64,000 bases of DNA from Raja brachyura (taxonomy: Eukaryota): contig OY740786.1 in NCBI GenBank assembly GCA_963514005.1, positions 90,396,001-90,460,000 of the forward strand, in the 5' to 3' direction. Of the stretch, positions 24,380-35,544 are shown one piece after another; the first letter of the stretch is position 1, and every line of letters starts with the position of its first letter. The position numbers were made by a program, and so were the translations under genes. The notes under the pieces were generated by a model. It saw nothing but the letters and a program-made list of their open reading frames with translations. It did no database searches and was not told where the DNA came from.

Positions 24380-25064
24380 GTGTGTGTGATCTGGGCACAA
24401 TCTGGTTAATTCCTATCTTCTTCCAAACGCTAGGCCACAGCCTTCCCATTTTCACACATTCTACTCACATTTTCCCTGGAGGCGATAAAACTCTTTCCGT
24501 CACATTCCCACCTATATTTCCGACCTTTTAATCATTTAAAGTTTTAAAAACAGCCCGAAAACGCACCCATTTCGGAAAAAAAAAACAAATTATGTCACAA
24601 TGCGCTCACAAGGCAGGACAGGACACTCCGGGAGGGAGGGGCACTCCAGTGCTCGTGCGGCTGCTGCCGACGCCTGATACCTGGTGGTGAGGGTGGTGCC
24701 GCGGGCCCTGGCTGGAGCCTGGTGCTCGAGCTGGAGTGAGAGCCGAGCCCGGGGCTTAGGATGGGGCCGTGACCGGGGCCGAGAAAGAAGCTGCCTCTGG
24801 AACCAAGGACAAGCCTGGGTCCATGGTCAGGGACGAGCCCGCAGATGAAGTTGTAGCCTGCACGATAGCCCAGGCAGCGGCCGAGCTGGCGGCTGGGGTC
24901 TACAACCAGGGCCGGGCCGAGTACGAGAACCAGGCCGAGTTCCAGGCCATGACTATGACCTGGGTAGGTCCTGGGGCAGGGAATGGGAGTCAGAGGAGGA
25001 GGGAGTAGGGTGGTAGAGGGAGATGAGGGTGGGGGGGGTGGCTGTGGAGGAGGGAGATGCCCCG

Positions 25065-25543
25065 TCCCTATCTACCCTCAGTCCCACCCTCTCCACCCCC
25101 TCCCTCTCTATCCCCCTCCCTCTCTAACCCCCTCCCTCTCTCTCTAACCCCCTCCCACTCTACCCTCCCTCCCCCAACTATCCTTCTCCCTCTACTCCCT
25201 CTCTCTCTACCCCCTCCCTCTCTGCCCCTATTCCTCTCTACACCTCTCCCCCTCCATCTATCCTCCCCTCCCTCTCTACCCCTCCCCCTCACTCTCTACC
25301 CCTCCCTCTCCCTCTTCCTCCCTCTCCCTCTCTACCTCCCTCCCTACCCCCGTCCTCCTCCCTTTCTACCCACCTCCCTCTCTACCCCCCTCCCTCCTCT
25401 CTACCCCCCCCTCCCTCTCTACCACCCCTCCCTCTCTACCCCCCCTCCCTCTCTACCCCCCCTCCCTCTCTACCCCCCCTCCCTCTCTACCACCCCTCCC
25501 TCCTCTCTACCCCCCCTCCCTCTCTACCACCACTCCCTCTCTA
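25065..25543. repeat. C/T-rich low-complexity array (CCCTCCCTCTCTAC-like)
   Basis: Directly visible. It explains the Pro/Leu/Ser and Gly/Arg ORFs in the track. Confidence 0.9.
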
Positions 25544-25744
25544 GGGATTGAAGAGGGAGGGTGAAGAGGTAGAGATGGGAGTGCTGGGGGATGAGGAGAA
25601 ATGAGACGTGCCTGCACAGTTGGGTGCTATGCATGAGTGGTGCAATATTGCATTGGGGGAACGGATGAGTGGTGGAATCTTGCGTTGGGGGACCAGACCC
25701 AACGCAATGGGTCTGCACTTGGTCTAGTTCTATCTAAAACTGAA

Positions 25745-26750
25745 GCCACTTTCAAGGAACTATGTACCTGCTCTCCTAGATTTCACTGTGAATGTCCTGT
25801 CTTGGTTTGACATCCCAAAATGCAACACCTCACACTTATCTGCAATAAACTCCATTAACCATTCCACAGTTCACTCGCCCAGCTGATCAAGATCTTGCTG
25901 TAATTTTTGATAACCATCTCAGCTAGTCAATCCGATTTGTAAGCCAGATCTCCCACATATAACACCATGATGACTATCCCAATCAGCCCGTCTATCCAAA
26001 TGCATATATATCTTATCCCTCAGAATCCTCTCCATTAACTTGTCTATCACAGATGTTAGGCTCACAGGTCTTTAGTTCGCAGGCTTTGCCTTGCAGCCCT
26101 TTTGTAAATATTAGCCACCCACTAGTCTTCCGGTGCTTCACTTGTGTCTAATGATATTCATATATCTCTGCAATTTCTTCTCCAGCTTTCACCAGTCTGC
26201 TCGGATACATGTGATCAAGTCTGGGAGATTTACCTACCTTCATATGTCCTAGAACTTCCATATCCTCCTTGACTGTAATACCAACTGTCCTAAAGACATC
26301 ACCATTAACTATCCTAAGTTTCTTGGTCTTCATGTCTTTCCCAATGGTAAAGAAATAGAGGAGGAAATGTTAATTGAGAACCTTGCCCATCTCTCATGGG
26401 TCCACACAGAGATGGTGCTTTGGTTTCTGAGGGGTCCTATTCTCCCTAATAACCCTCTTTGACTTAATGTACTTACAAAAGTATCTTTGGATTCTCCTTA
26501 ATATTATCTCCAGAACTATCTCCTGCCCCCTCTTTTCCCTCTGGATTTCCTTCTTAAGTATGTTCCTCTGAAACCAAAACTTTTCCAGAGATACATTTAA
26601 TCCAGTTTGCCTGTACCCGCCCCATGCCTCTTTTTAATTTCCTGACAAGAGCCTTAATTTCTATCGTTATCGAGGCTTCCTTACTCCCATCTGCCATGCC
26701 ATTCACTTTAATAGGAACATGCATGCCATGAAGTTGTCTTATTTTTAAAA
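25745..26750 (-). mobile_element. Old CR1 ORF2 fragments
   Basis: KVGKSPRLDHMYP..L...GEEIAE and other degenerate CR1 motifs. Confidence 0.7.
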
Positions 26751-27363
26751 GCATGATTTACATCAACATAGTCTTCTTCAGTGTTGTAACTCTTTTTATG
26801 ACTAGATCACCAGTGTGAAATTTGATTTTTGATTTTCTCTTGCAAATTTTAAATTAAAATTGTTTAAGTAAATCTAGCAAGAATATAAACCTAATAATCG
26901 TTCATAGTGCTTTAGTACTGGTCTTCCCCAGGTTTCAAATGCCTGAAAATATAAAGGAGCGTTTGGGAGACCAGTATGATAGATGGGGATGTATTTGCCA
27001 ACAGCTGTGGGCCTGCACGCATCTTTTGCCAGATGGGAACAAGACTTTTCCGTGTACTTTCTCTTCCCACCCGCCTGCCCCAACTCAAGCAGAGCCCTGG
27101 AAATTGGATCTGGTGTAAAGCTGATCAAATTTGTATATGAAACTGAGTAATTAGAAACATTAGAGGCAAATATACATTTCTATACAAGTATATAAAGCAC
27201 CTGTTTAAAGCAGTTTGCATGTGAAGTTGTGCATTTGAAAAATAATGTTCCATATCTTGGGTCGAATACATTTATTATTTAAACCAAAGCAAAATTTATT
27301 GATTTGTCCCATGTTTCGCATGTTGTTATTTCTGCATTTATTCTTAACTCCTGGCCTTTGTAG

Positions 27364-27483
27364 AAATATAAAAACTCAGTTGGAGCCAGAATGGAATGAA
27401 GAACAGCAAAGATTACTGGAAGCACAAAAAACAAATAGGACTAAAGCTCGTAAATTTACATTGCAGACAATCCGCAGACAGAA
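27364..27483 (+). CDS. CEP126: CEP126 exon 2 (120 nt; NIKTQLEPEWNEEQQRLLEAQKTNRTKARKFTLQTIRRQK)
   Basis: Acceptor tttgtag| with TTCTTAAC upstream, donor AA|gtaagt. Peptide resembles the CEP126 N-terminal coiled coil (EEERQILLQQQKICRNRARKYFVESNRRKK, from memory). Confidence 0.9.
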
Positions 27484-28184
27484 GTAAGTACAATATATCA
27501 GATTTTGTAACTGTAAGATAGATGATTTTTTTTTACCTCCAGGATGTAAAGCTAATTAACATTTTTTGATTTTCCCCTTTTCAATCCTACAGGCTTCTGT
27601 ACCAATATGGGATCTTACTGCTTAGATTGCTTTCTCTAAAGTACTCACATCTTATTTTCCTGTATTGGTCCTCTACAAGATCAGGCTCTTGCAAAATGCA
27701 GTTATTCATACCTTTTCCTGAATTGGGTTTTTCTCTTGTCATCCCACAGCTTCTCCAAGTGGCACTAATCCTTTATTATCCTGGATATCAATCTCAAAAT
27801 TGTAATCCTTATTTTCAGATTTCGATGTAGGATTTTCTCATCTCACTTAATACTATTCTTTCGTATATTGCCTAATCGCTTTCAATTTCCTTTCATCTTT
27901 AAACAAACTTAAAGCTCCTCTCTGTGACTATTTCTTTGGTTTTCAATCCAAAGTTTTAAATATATATATTTTCTTTTATACATAGTTATAATGCACAGCT
28001 AAAAGAGCTGCTGACTCAATGCCAGAAACCCAGGTTCAATCTTGCCTGTAGAGTTTGCATATTCTTTGTGACGATGTGGGTTCTCCGAGTGCTCCTGTTT
28101 CCTCTTGCATCCGACAATGCACTGTTTAACAGGTTAATTGGAGCTTGATGATGGGTTTTTTTTTAAGTGCCCAAAAAAGGTCGA

Positions 28185-29665
28185 TGCGGGCAGAGCTGTA
28201 GATGGATGTATGGACTTCAACAAAGCATTGACAAGGTTCCACATGGTAGGCTCCTCTGGAAGGTTAGGTTGCATGGGATCCAAGAAGATATAGCTGAATG
28301 GATAGAAAATTGGCTTCAGGGAAGCAGAGGGTAATGGTGGAAGGTTGCTTTTTGGACTAGAGGCCTGAGGTTAGTGCCGACCTCAGGGTCAGTGCTGGGC
28401 CCATTACCGTTTGTCATCTATATCAATGATTTGGATGTGAACGTTCATAGCAAGATTAGCATGTTTGCAGATGATACAAAAGTGGGTGGTATTGCAGATA
28501 GAGAGACAGATGTCAAAAATTGCAGCAGGATCGTGATCAGTGGGCCAGGTGAGTTGCGGAATGTTTGATGGAATTTAATACAGAGAAATGTGAGGTGTTA
28601 AATTTTAGAAAGTCTAACATGGGCAGGACTTACACAGTGAATGGTAAACCGTGAATTCTCCTGAAAATGGATGTTGTATTTATAGGTCTCTTGACATTAG
28701 CTCTTTTGCTAATCTTTATAAACTAACATGCTAGTGCATTGAAAATAAGCTTTACTTGCCCTCTTGTTACACAAAGCTGGGTGGCAGTGTGAACTGTGAG
28801 GAGGATGCTATGAGAATGCAGGGTGACTTGGACAGGTTGGGGAGTGGACAGATGCATGGCAGATGAAGTTTAATGCTTTCGTAGCAAAAGCAGGAAGGCA
28901 GATTACTATCCAAATGGCATCAAGTTGGGAAAAGGGGAAGTGCAATGGGATCTGGGGGTCCTTGTACATCAGTCTATGAAAGTAAGCATGCAGGTACAGC
29001 AGGCAGTGAAAAAGCGAATGGCATGTTGGCCTCAATAACAAGAGGAATCGAATATAGGAACAAAGAGTTCGTTCTGCAGTTGTAGAGAGCCCCAGTGAGA
29101 CCACACCTGGAGTATTGTGTGCAGTTTTGGTCCCCTAATTTGAGGAAGGACATTGTTGCTATTGAGGGAGTGCAGCGTAGGTTTACAAGGTTAATTCCCG
29201 GGATGGCGGGACTGTCATATGTTGAGAGAATGGAGCAGCTGGGCTTGTACACTGGAGTTTAGATGGATGAGAGGGGATCTCATTGAAACATATACGATTG
29301 TTAAGGCTTGGACACGCTAGATACAGAAACTTGTTCCCGATGTTGGGTGAGTCCAGAACCAGGGGCCATAGTTTAAGAATAAGGAGTAAGCCATTTAGAA
29401 CGGAGACAAGGAAACGCTTTTTCTCACAGAGAGTGGTGAGTCTGTGGAATTCTCTGCCTCAGAGGGCGGTGGAGGCAGGTTCTCTGGATGCTTTCAAGTG
29501 AGAGCTAGATAGGGCTCTTAAAAATAGCGGAGTCAGGGGATATGGAGAGAAGGCAGGAATGGGGTACTGATTGGGGATGATCAGCCTTGATCACATTGAA
29601 TGGCGGTGCTGGCTCGAAGGGCCGAATGGCCTACTCCTGCACCTATTGTCTATTATTGTCTATTG
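28185..29665 (+). mobile_element. Two CR1 LINE fragments (28185-28650; 28765-29665)
   Basis: GSVLGPLPFVIYINDLD...MFADDTK and VRPHLEYCVQFWSP. 3' tail (CTATTGT)n. Confidence 0.93.
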
Positions 29666-29759
29666 TTACCTCTGTCTGAGAATGTGGCCAGATTGATGTA
29701 GGGGACTAGCTTCAGATGTCATAATTTTCAGCGATTTCAAACTTGATTTATACTGGTGG

Positions 29760-29908
29760 GTACACAAAAGGCTGGAGAAACTCAGCGGGTGCAGCAGCAT
29801 CTAAGGAGCGAATGAGATAGGCAACGTTTCGGGCCGAAACCCTTCTTCAGACTGGTCTGTAGGCAACGTTTCGGGCTGAAACCCTTCTTCAGACTGATTC
29901 AACCCTTC
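29760..29908 (-). mobile_element. Penelope-derived element with tandem hammerhead cores, 13-bp TSD
   Basis: TAGGCAACGTTTCGGGC(C/T)GAAACCCTTCTTCAGACTG occurs twice (29818-29854, 29860-29896). TTTATACTGGTGG at 29747-29759 and 29909-29921. Confidence 0.88.
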
Positions 29909-31247
29909 TTTATACTGGTGGTTGTGCTTGAATTTCTGTGATCTTTTTTACGAGTTCAACTGATCACATGCGTTACACAAATAAAACTAGCATAAATTCT
30001 TTCTTTATGTCTTTTGTTACTTACTTTGAGTTATTTTGGAGTTAATTACATCATGAGAACACGTGATCAATTGAAATGTCTTGTTTGCTTTGTTCTTGCT
30101 TATGGGTGTGAAGTTTACTTTACGTTTGTTTGTTTCATTCCTCCTTGGTTCCTACATTTGTTTATTACAAACAAGTAAGTGATATTGTGTTGAATTAAGA
30201 TCAGAAATAAAAATAAATGACAAGGTTTAGGCTTTAAACATACTTTCTATTATTCTGTCCGGCATATTTTAATTCTTCAAGCTACTGGAAGGTGTTGAAC
30301 TTTCAGAATAGTTGCTACCATGATGGTAGAAGGAAATTAGATTACACTCAAGGAGTCTGAGGGAGCTCTCTCAACTGATGGAGAGACGTCACCACAGGAG
30401 GCATGTTCTTTGTGTGTGGCTGCCCTGGAGACTTGCTATGGCTACTGTGAGGAGTTCCTGATCCCTCTGACAGCATGAAGAATGCTACATATTATATATG
30501 TATGTCCTTTTAGAGAACTGGCTGCCAAAGACACAAGAAAGTTAAATGATGGCAGCTGCAAGATCTTGCAATAGAACCACGCAACAGTGCACACAAAACA
30601 TGACACAGTAATGTTACCCTTGGAAACTTGGCAATGATATTCTGGGAACCTCAGAATTGAAGAGCACAATCTTTACGGCACTCCAAAAAACATGTCAGAG
30701 CGACATTTAACACTGCTCTGACACACCCATAAAAGTAACAAGAATGAGACTTGTGGGAGGAACAGGGAATAAAAGATAATGGGCAAACCAAAAATAGTTA
30801 AGGACAAATCTTATGACAATGAAGAGGAAAAGAATGTTAAGTCTGCCAGCCTCTAATGCTCCTCTCACTGCAAACTTCAGTTCACTTGAAATGTCTTTGC
30901 CCTTATGTACATACCCATCATCTTTATATTCATGTGCACACAGCTGTGCAAAGACTGGCACCCTAAGCTAAAGCTGTAGTATCATCTTTAAATTCCTACA
31001 GTGCTTGACCCTTTATCTTTATTGTAACCTCCTAAACATAACCATTCTGACAATTTATTTCCCCTGATTTCAGCCTTGAATATCCTTCCTCCCCCTAACT
31101 GACAGTTTACTATTTGTTAACATGGCAACATGGTCTAGAATTGTCTCTCTAACATTTGTGACTGCTCTTTCCAATTCACTTTCTTTTTATGATCCTTCCT
31201 AAATTTAATTTTGTTGACAAAGTTTTGACTGTCTGTTAACATATGAC

Positions 31248-31337
31248 GGTAGACAAAAATGCTGGAGAAACTCAGTGGGTGAGGCAGCATCTAGGAGCGA
31301 AGGAATAGGCGACGTTTTGGGTCAAGACCCTTCTTCA
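31248..31337 (-). mobile_element. Penelope-derived short element fragment
   Basis: GGTAGACAAAAATGCTGGAGAAACTCAG...GACCCTTCTTCA. ACATATGA occurs on both sides. Confidence 0.75.
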
Positions 31338-31364
31338 ACATATGATCATCGTTTGACAGTACTT

Positions 31365-32285
31365 GCTGGATTTTAGAAGGATGAGGGGACACCTTGCTGA
31401 AACTTACCGAATAGTGAAAGGCCTGGATAGAATGAATGTGGAGAGAATGTTTCCATTAGTGGGAGAGTCTAGGACAGGGGTCGCAACCTACGGCCCACGG
31501 GCAAGATCCAGCCCATAATCCGGAATCATCCGGTCTGCAGGCGTATTTATTTCCAATTAATTTTCACGCCCTGGGCGCTACAGCCAGTCCCGGGGCTCGC
31601 AAGCGACCAGAGCGCTACAGCGAATCCTGGGGCACTCGGGCGACCTGGGAACTGCAGCCAGTCCCGGGGCTCGCAGGGGACCTGGGCACTACAGCCAGTC
31701 CCGGGGCTCGCAGGGGACCTGGGAACTGCGGCTAGTCCCGGGGACACGAGTGATCGGGGAACTGCAGCCAGTCCCGGGGCATGCAAGCGACCTGGAAACT
31801 GCAGAAAATAATTGAAAAACACATGAAAACTATGTATTATTAGTATGTATTATTACTAATTTGTGTATTATTAGTATGTATTATTACTAATTACGTTAGT
31901 ATGTATTATTATTACTATTTATTAACTATGGCAATAGATGTGACCTGCCATCCGCTCATAAACATAGGTCCTGGGTCCTATGCAAAAAAGGTGGCCGACC
32001 CCTGGTCTAGGGCCAGAGGCTGTAGCCTCAGAATAAAAGCACATAAGGAATGTCTTTAGTCAGAGCGTGGTGAATCTGTGAAATTCATTGTAACATTCGG
32101 CTGTGGAGTCCTTCAATGGATATTTTTAAGGTGGAGATTGACATATTCTTGATTAGTAAGGTTGTCAGGGCTTATTGGGAGAAGGCAGGAGAATGTGGTT
32201 GAGAAGGAAAGATAGATCAGCCATGATTGAATGGTGGAGTGGACTTGATGGGCCGGATGGTCTAATTCTGTTCCTAGAACTTATG
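31365..32285 (+). mobile_element. CR1 3' fragment split by hAT MITE
   Basis: FRRMRG.LAETYRIVKGLD upstream of the MITE; the 3' UTR continues downstream. Confidence 0.85.
31475..32004. mobile_element. hAT/Charlie-type MITE inserted in CR1, with 37-bp tandem repeat
   Basis: CAGGGGTCG...CGACCCCTG. TSD GTCTAGG(A/G). Six ~37-bp units at ~31572-31805. Confidence 0.9.
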
Positions 32286-33669
32286 AACATAAGTATATCG
32301 ATTGGTAGTTTGCCAACCATTTCTAAAATCAGTGCCTCTAAAATACAAAACTGCGTTTCAAAAACATATGCCTATTTCTGTTGGTCTAAATGATGACAAA
32401 TGACAAACTACATTGGGGATAAAAATAAAAACAGAGTGGAGTAAAGGGGAGATGGAGATTAAGGGCAGGGATAGCATAACAAAGAGAGATGACAATCATG
32501 GAAGAGAAAGGTAATCAAACCAGCAAGATCAACATGAACTGAAGGGAATAAAATAAAAAACTACTGGAGGAACTCAGCAAGTCTTGCAGTATTCATGGAG
32601 GTCAATGGACAATTCATGATTTGGTCAAGACCCTTCTCAATGATGCAATTGTTTTTATGAAGTGATTTTCTACAATGCATGCTGTCTCAGGAATGTGTTG
32701 CATTTTGGCAGAACCTTCTGTACAGAGCATCTGGGTAACTTTCCCTCCCTCTGAATCAACAAAGTGTCAGAATCTCAAACTTTAACCCATCAATTCTGAG
32801 CCAAAGTTTGTCAAAGTGCAAACACTTACATCCGATGTGTCATTGAACCAAGTGGTATTGATCAACTACCATGACACAAAAGATACATCAACACCTTTCC
32901 ATCCATGTTTTACTTTATTTAATTACTTGATTTAATCCTGTCACTATTGCCCAAACACAAGTCCCTGTCTGACCAATGTCCACATTCTGTGGACACGACA
33001 CCCGATTGTTCTGAGAGTACACGGACTTCAGCTTTGTTTTCCCAGCTAACAGCGTAGTCACCTTTAATCAATTAATCATTTCTAATTGATTACTCAATCA
33101 GCTGGAGGACTACTTATTTATTTAATTGGAGTTAAAAACTGCAAGAATAAGAAGATTTACCTACAAAATTATATTAAACTAATGTTGCCAAATGTCACAC
33201 TCAATAAAAGTGTGCTTATAATACGTGCATTTAACTGGTACCACACATTTCAATTATCGGAATTGAACTTCATTTGTCAATTAGAAACTGTTTCTAAATT
33301 CTTAATATAAGTTGTTAACAACATTAGTCACAGCACTGATCCTTGTGGATCAAAACAACCTATCTTCTTCAACCGTGACAAGTCACAAATTAGAATTCAG
33401 TCTTTAGAAATGTTGGCGGTGCATCTGGGGAGGACAAGCAAGGCAAGGGAAACCACAATAAATAACAAAACCACAACCACAGACTGAGAAGTGGAGAGAT
33501 TCAGGGAGCCCAAGAAATGCATTTCAGCAGATTTTCAAAAGTACTTGGACAACTAGCGGTTGTGGTTCAGCAGACAGATGGAACACTTCTGTTGGTTGTA
33601 ATATAGGTTTAAAGAGCAAGTATTTCATACTGTAATTGTATAAATATTATTAAGTCCTAGCTAAAAATT

Positions 33670-34765
33670 GGTAATTTTACCCCACTGTACAAGAAGGGGG
33701 CAAGGCAGAATAGTGGAAACTATAGGCCAGTTAGTCTGATTTCATTGGTTGGTAAGAGTCCATTATAATGGATGAGGTTACGGAGTACTTAGAAGTTCAT
33801 GATAAAATAGGCCAAAGTCAGCATGGTTTTGTGAACGGGAGATCTTGCCTGACAAATCTGCTGGAATTCTTTGAAGAAGTAAATAGCAGGATGCCCTAAA
33901 TTTTCAGAAAGCCTTTGATAAGGTACCACATGCGAGGCTGCTCAGGAAAATGAGAGCCCATGGTATCAAAGGGCAGATATTAGCATGGTTGGCTAAATGG
34001 CAGAAGGCAGAGTGGTAATAAAGGGGGCCTTTTCTGGTTGGCTGCCAGTGACTAGCGGAGTTCCGCAGGGGTCGGTGCTGGGGCCGCTATGCTTCACGTT
34101 GTATATTAATGATTTGGATGAGGTGATTGAAGGCTTTGTGGCCAAGTTTGCAGATGATACGAACATAGGTGGAGGAGCAGGTAGTGTAGAGAAAGTAGGG
34201 ACTCTGCAAAAGGACTTGGACAGGTTGGGAGAATGGGCAGAGTAATGGCAGATTGAATTATAGTGTAGCAAAGTGTGGAGTCATGCATTTTGGTAGTAGG
34301 AATAAAGGTTTTAGGCTATTTTCTAAATGGAGAGAGAATCCAGAAATCGGAGGTGTAAGGGGACTTGGGAGTACTGGTGCAGGATTCCCAAAAAGTTAAT
34401 TTGCAAGTCAAATCGGTAATAAGGGAGGCAAACATTATGCTAGCATTTATTTCAAGAGGGATAGAATATAAAAACAGGCTGAGGGTCTATATGGTGCTAG
34501 TCAGGCTGCATTTGGACTATTATGAGCAAGTTTGGGCACCAAATCTGAGGAAGGATGTGCAGGCTCTGGAGTGGGTTCAAAGGAGGTTTACAAGAATGAT
34601 CCCAGGAATGAGTGGGTTGCCATATGAGTGTTTGATGGCACTAGGCCTGTACTCGCTGGTGTTTAGAAGGATGAGAGCGGACCTCATTGAAACTTACCGA
34701 ATAGTGAAAGGCTAGGATAGAGTGGATGTGGAGAGAATGTTTCCACCATTGGGAGAGTCTAGGAA
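33670..34765 (+). mobile_element. CR1 LINE RT fragment
   Basis: [24 protein letters not shown]...KFADDT, with stops and frameshifts. Confidence 0.93.
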
Positions 34766-34857
34766 TAAGTTATCAGCAAAGAAAGAATAGGGAATCCTGG
34801 TTCCCTAACTGGTAAGTGGTTTAAAAAAGACAAGAGGAATTACATGGATTTGTTTCG

Positions 34858-35200
34858 TGTTAAGTTTAGTTTTAGTTTAGTATAGTTTAGTTCGGAGATA
34901 CAGCGCGGAAACAGGCCCTTCGGCCCACCCAGTCCGTGCCGACCAGTGATCCCCGCATATTAACACTATCTTACACACACTAGGGACAATTTTTACATTT
35001 ACCAAGCCAATTTAGCTACAAACCTGTACATCTTTGGAGTGTGGGAGGAAACCAAAGATCTCGGAAAAAACCCACGTGTCACGGGGAGAACGTACAAACT
35101 CCATACAGACAGCACCCGTAGTCGGGATCGAAACCAGGTCTCCTGCGCTGCAAGTGCTGTAAGGCAGCAACTCTACCGCCGCTGCACCACTGTGCCACCA
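34858..35200 (-). mobile_element. HE1-like tRNA SINE, full length
   Basis: Minus head GGTGGCACAGTGGTGCAGCGG..GGTTTCGATCCCG and a (CTAAA)n tail. Degenerate copies at 22590-22745 and 27990-28140. Confidence 0.88.
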
Positions 35201-35544
35201 CCGTGCCTGCCCATAGAAACAGGCTCTTCAGCCCACTGTTTCTATGTTGACCATCACATCAATATAGATGAATCCCACTTACCTGCATTAATCCCAAATT
35301 TCTCCATGCCTTGCTCAGTTGCCTGAGATGTTGTTCCTGCCTCCACCACCTCCCGTGGCAGCTCATTCCTTTTACTGACCATTCTTTATGTTAAAAAAAA
35401 CATCTGATCTCTTTTAAACCTCCTCCCTCCACCTTAAATCTATTCTCTATAGCTTTAGACACCCTACTGTGGGAAAACCACTGGTTAATTACCCTAATCT
35501 ATGCCACTCGTCAATTTATTTACTTCAATCACATTACGTCTCAA

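Larger units (their letters stand above)
23800..25727 (+). mobile_element. Non-autonomous Helitron carrying a Tc1 fragment, GC-rich segment and polypyrimidine array
   Basis: Starts TATATTACTAAAACTC directly after the previous CTAG. Ends CAGACCCA..TGGGTCTG-CACTTGGTCTAG|T. Confidence 0.78.
14066..27363 (+). other. U12-type (GT-AG) intron 1 of CEP126, 13,298 nt
   Basis: 5' splice site GTATCCTTTT. Branch site TTCTTAAC at 27341-27348, with the branch A about 16 nt from the terminal AG. The reading frame is preserved across the junction. Confidence 0.85.

Noticed and set aside
26930-27150. Alternative CEP126 first coding exon (MGMYLPTAVG...YET, GA|GTAATT, phase 2)
   Set aside because: Frame-compatible, but the donor is weak and the peptide has no resemblance to CEP126. 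The exon 2 acceptor carries a U12 branch site that fits the donor at 14066 much better.
27245-27363. Upstream extension of exon 2 as a signal-peptide-like N-terminus (ORF 27245-27487)
   Set aside because: The hydrophobic stretch is the T-rich intron end containing the branch site. Similarity to CEP126 starts at 27364.
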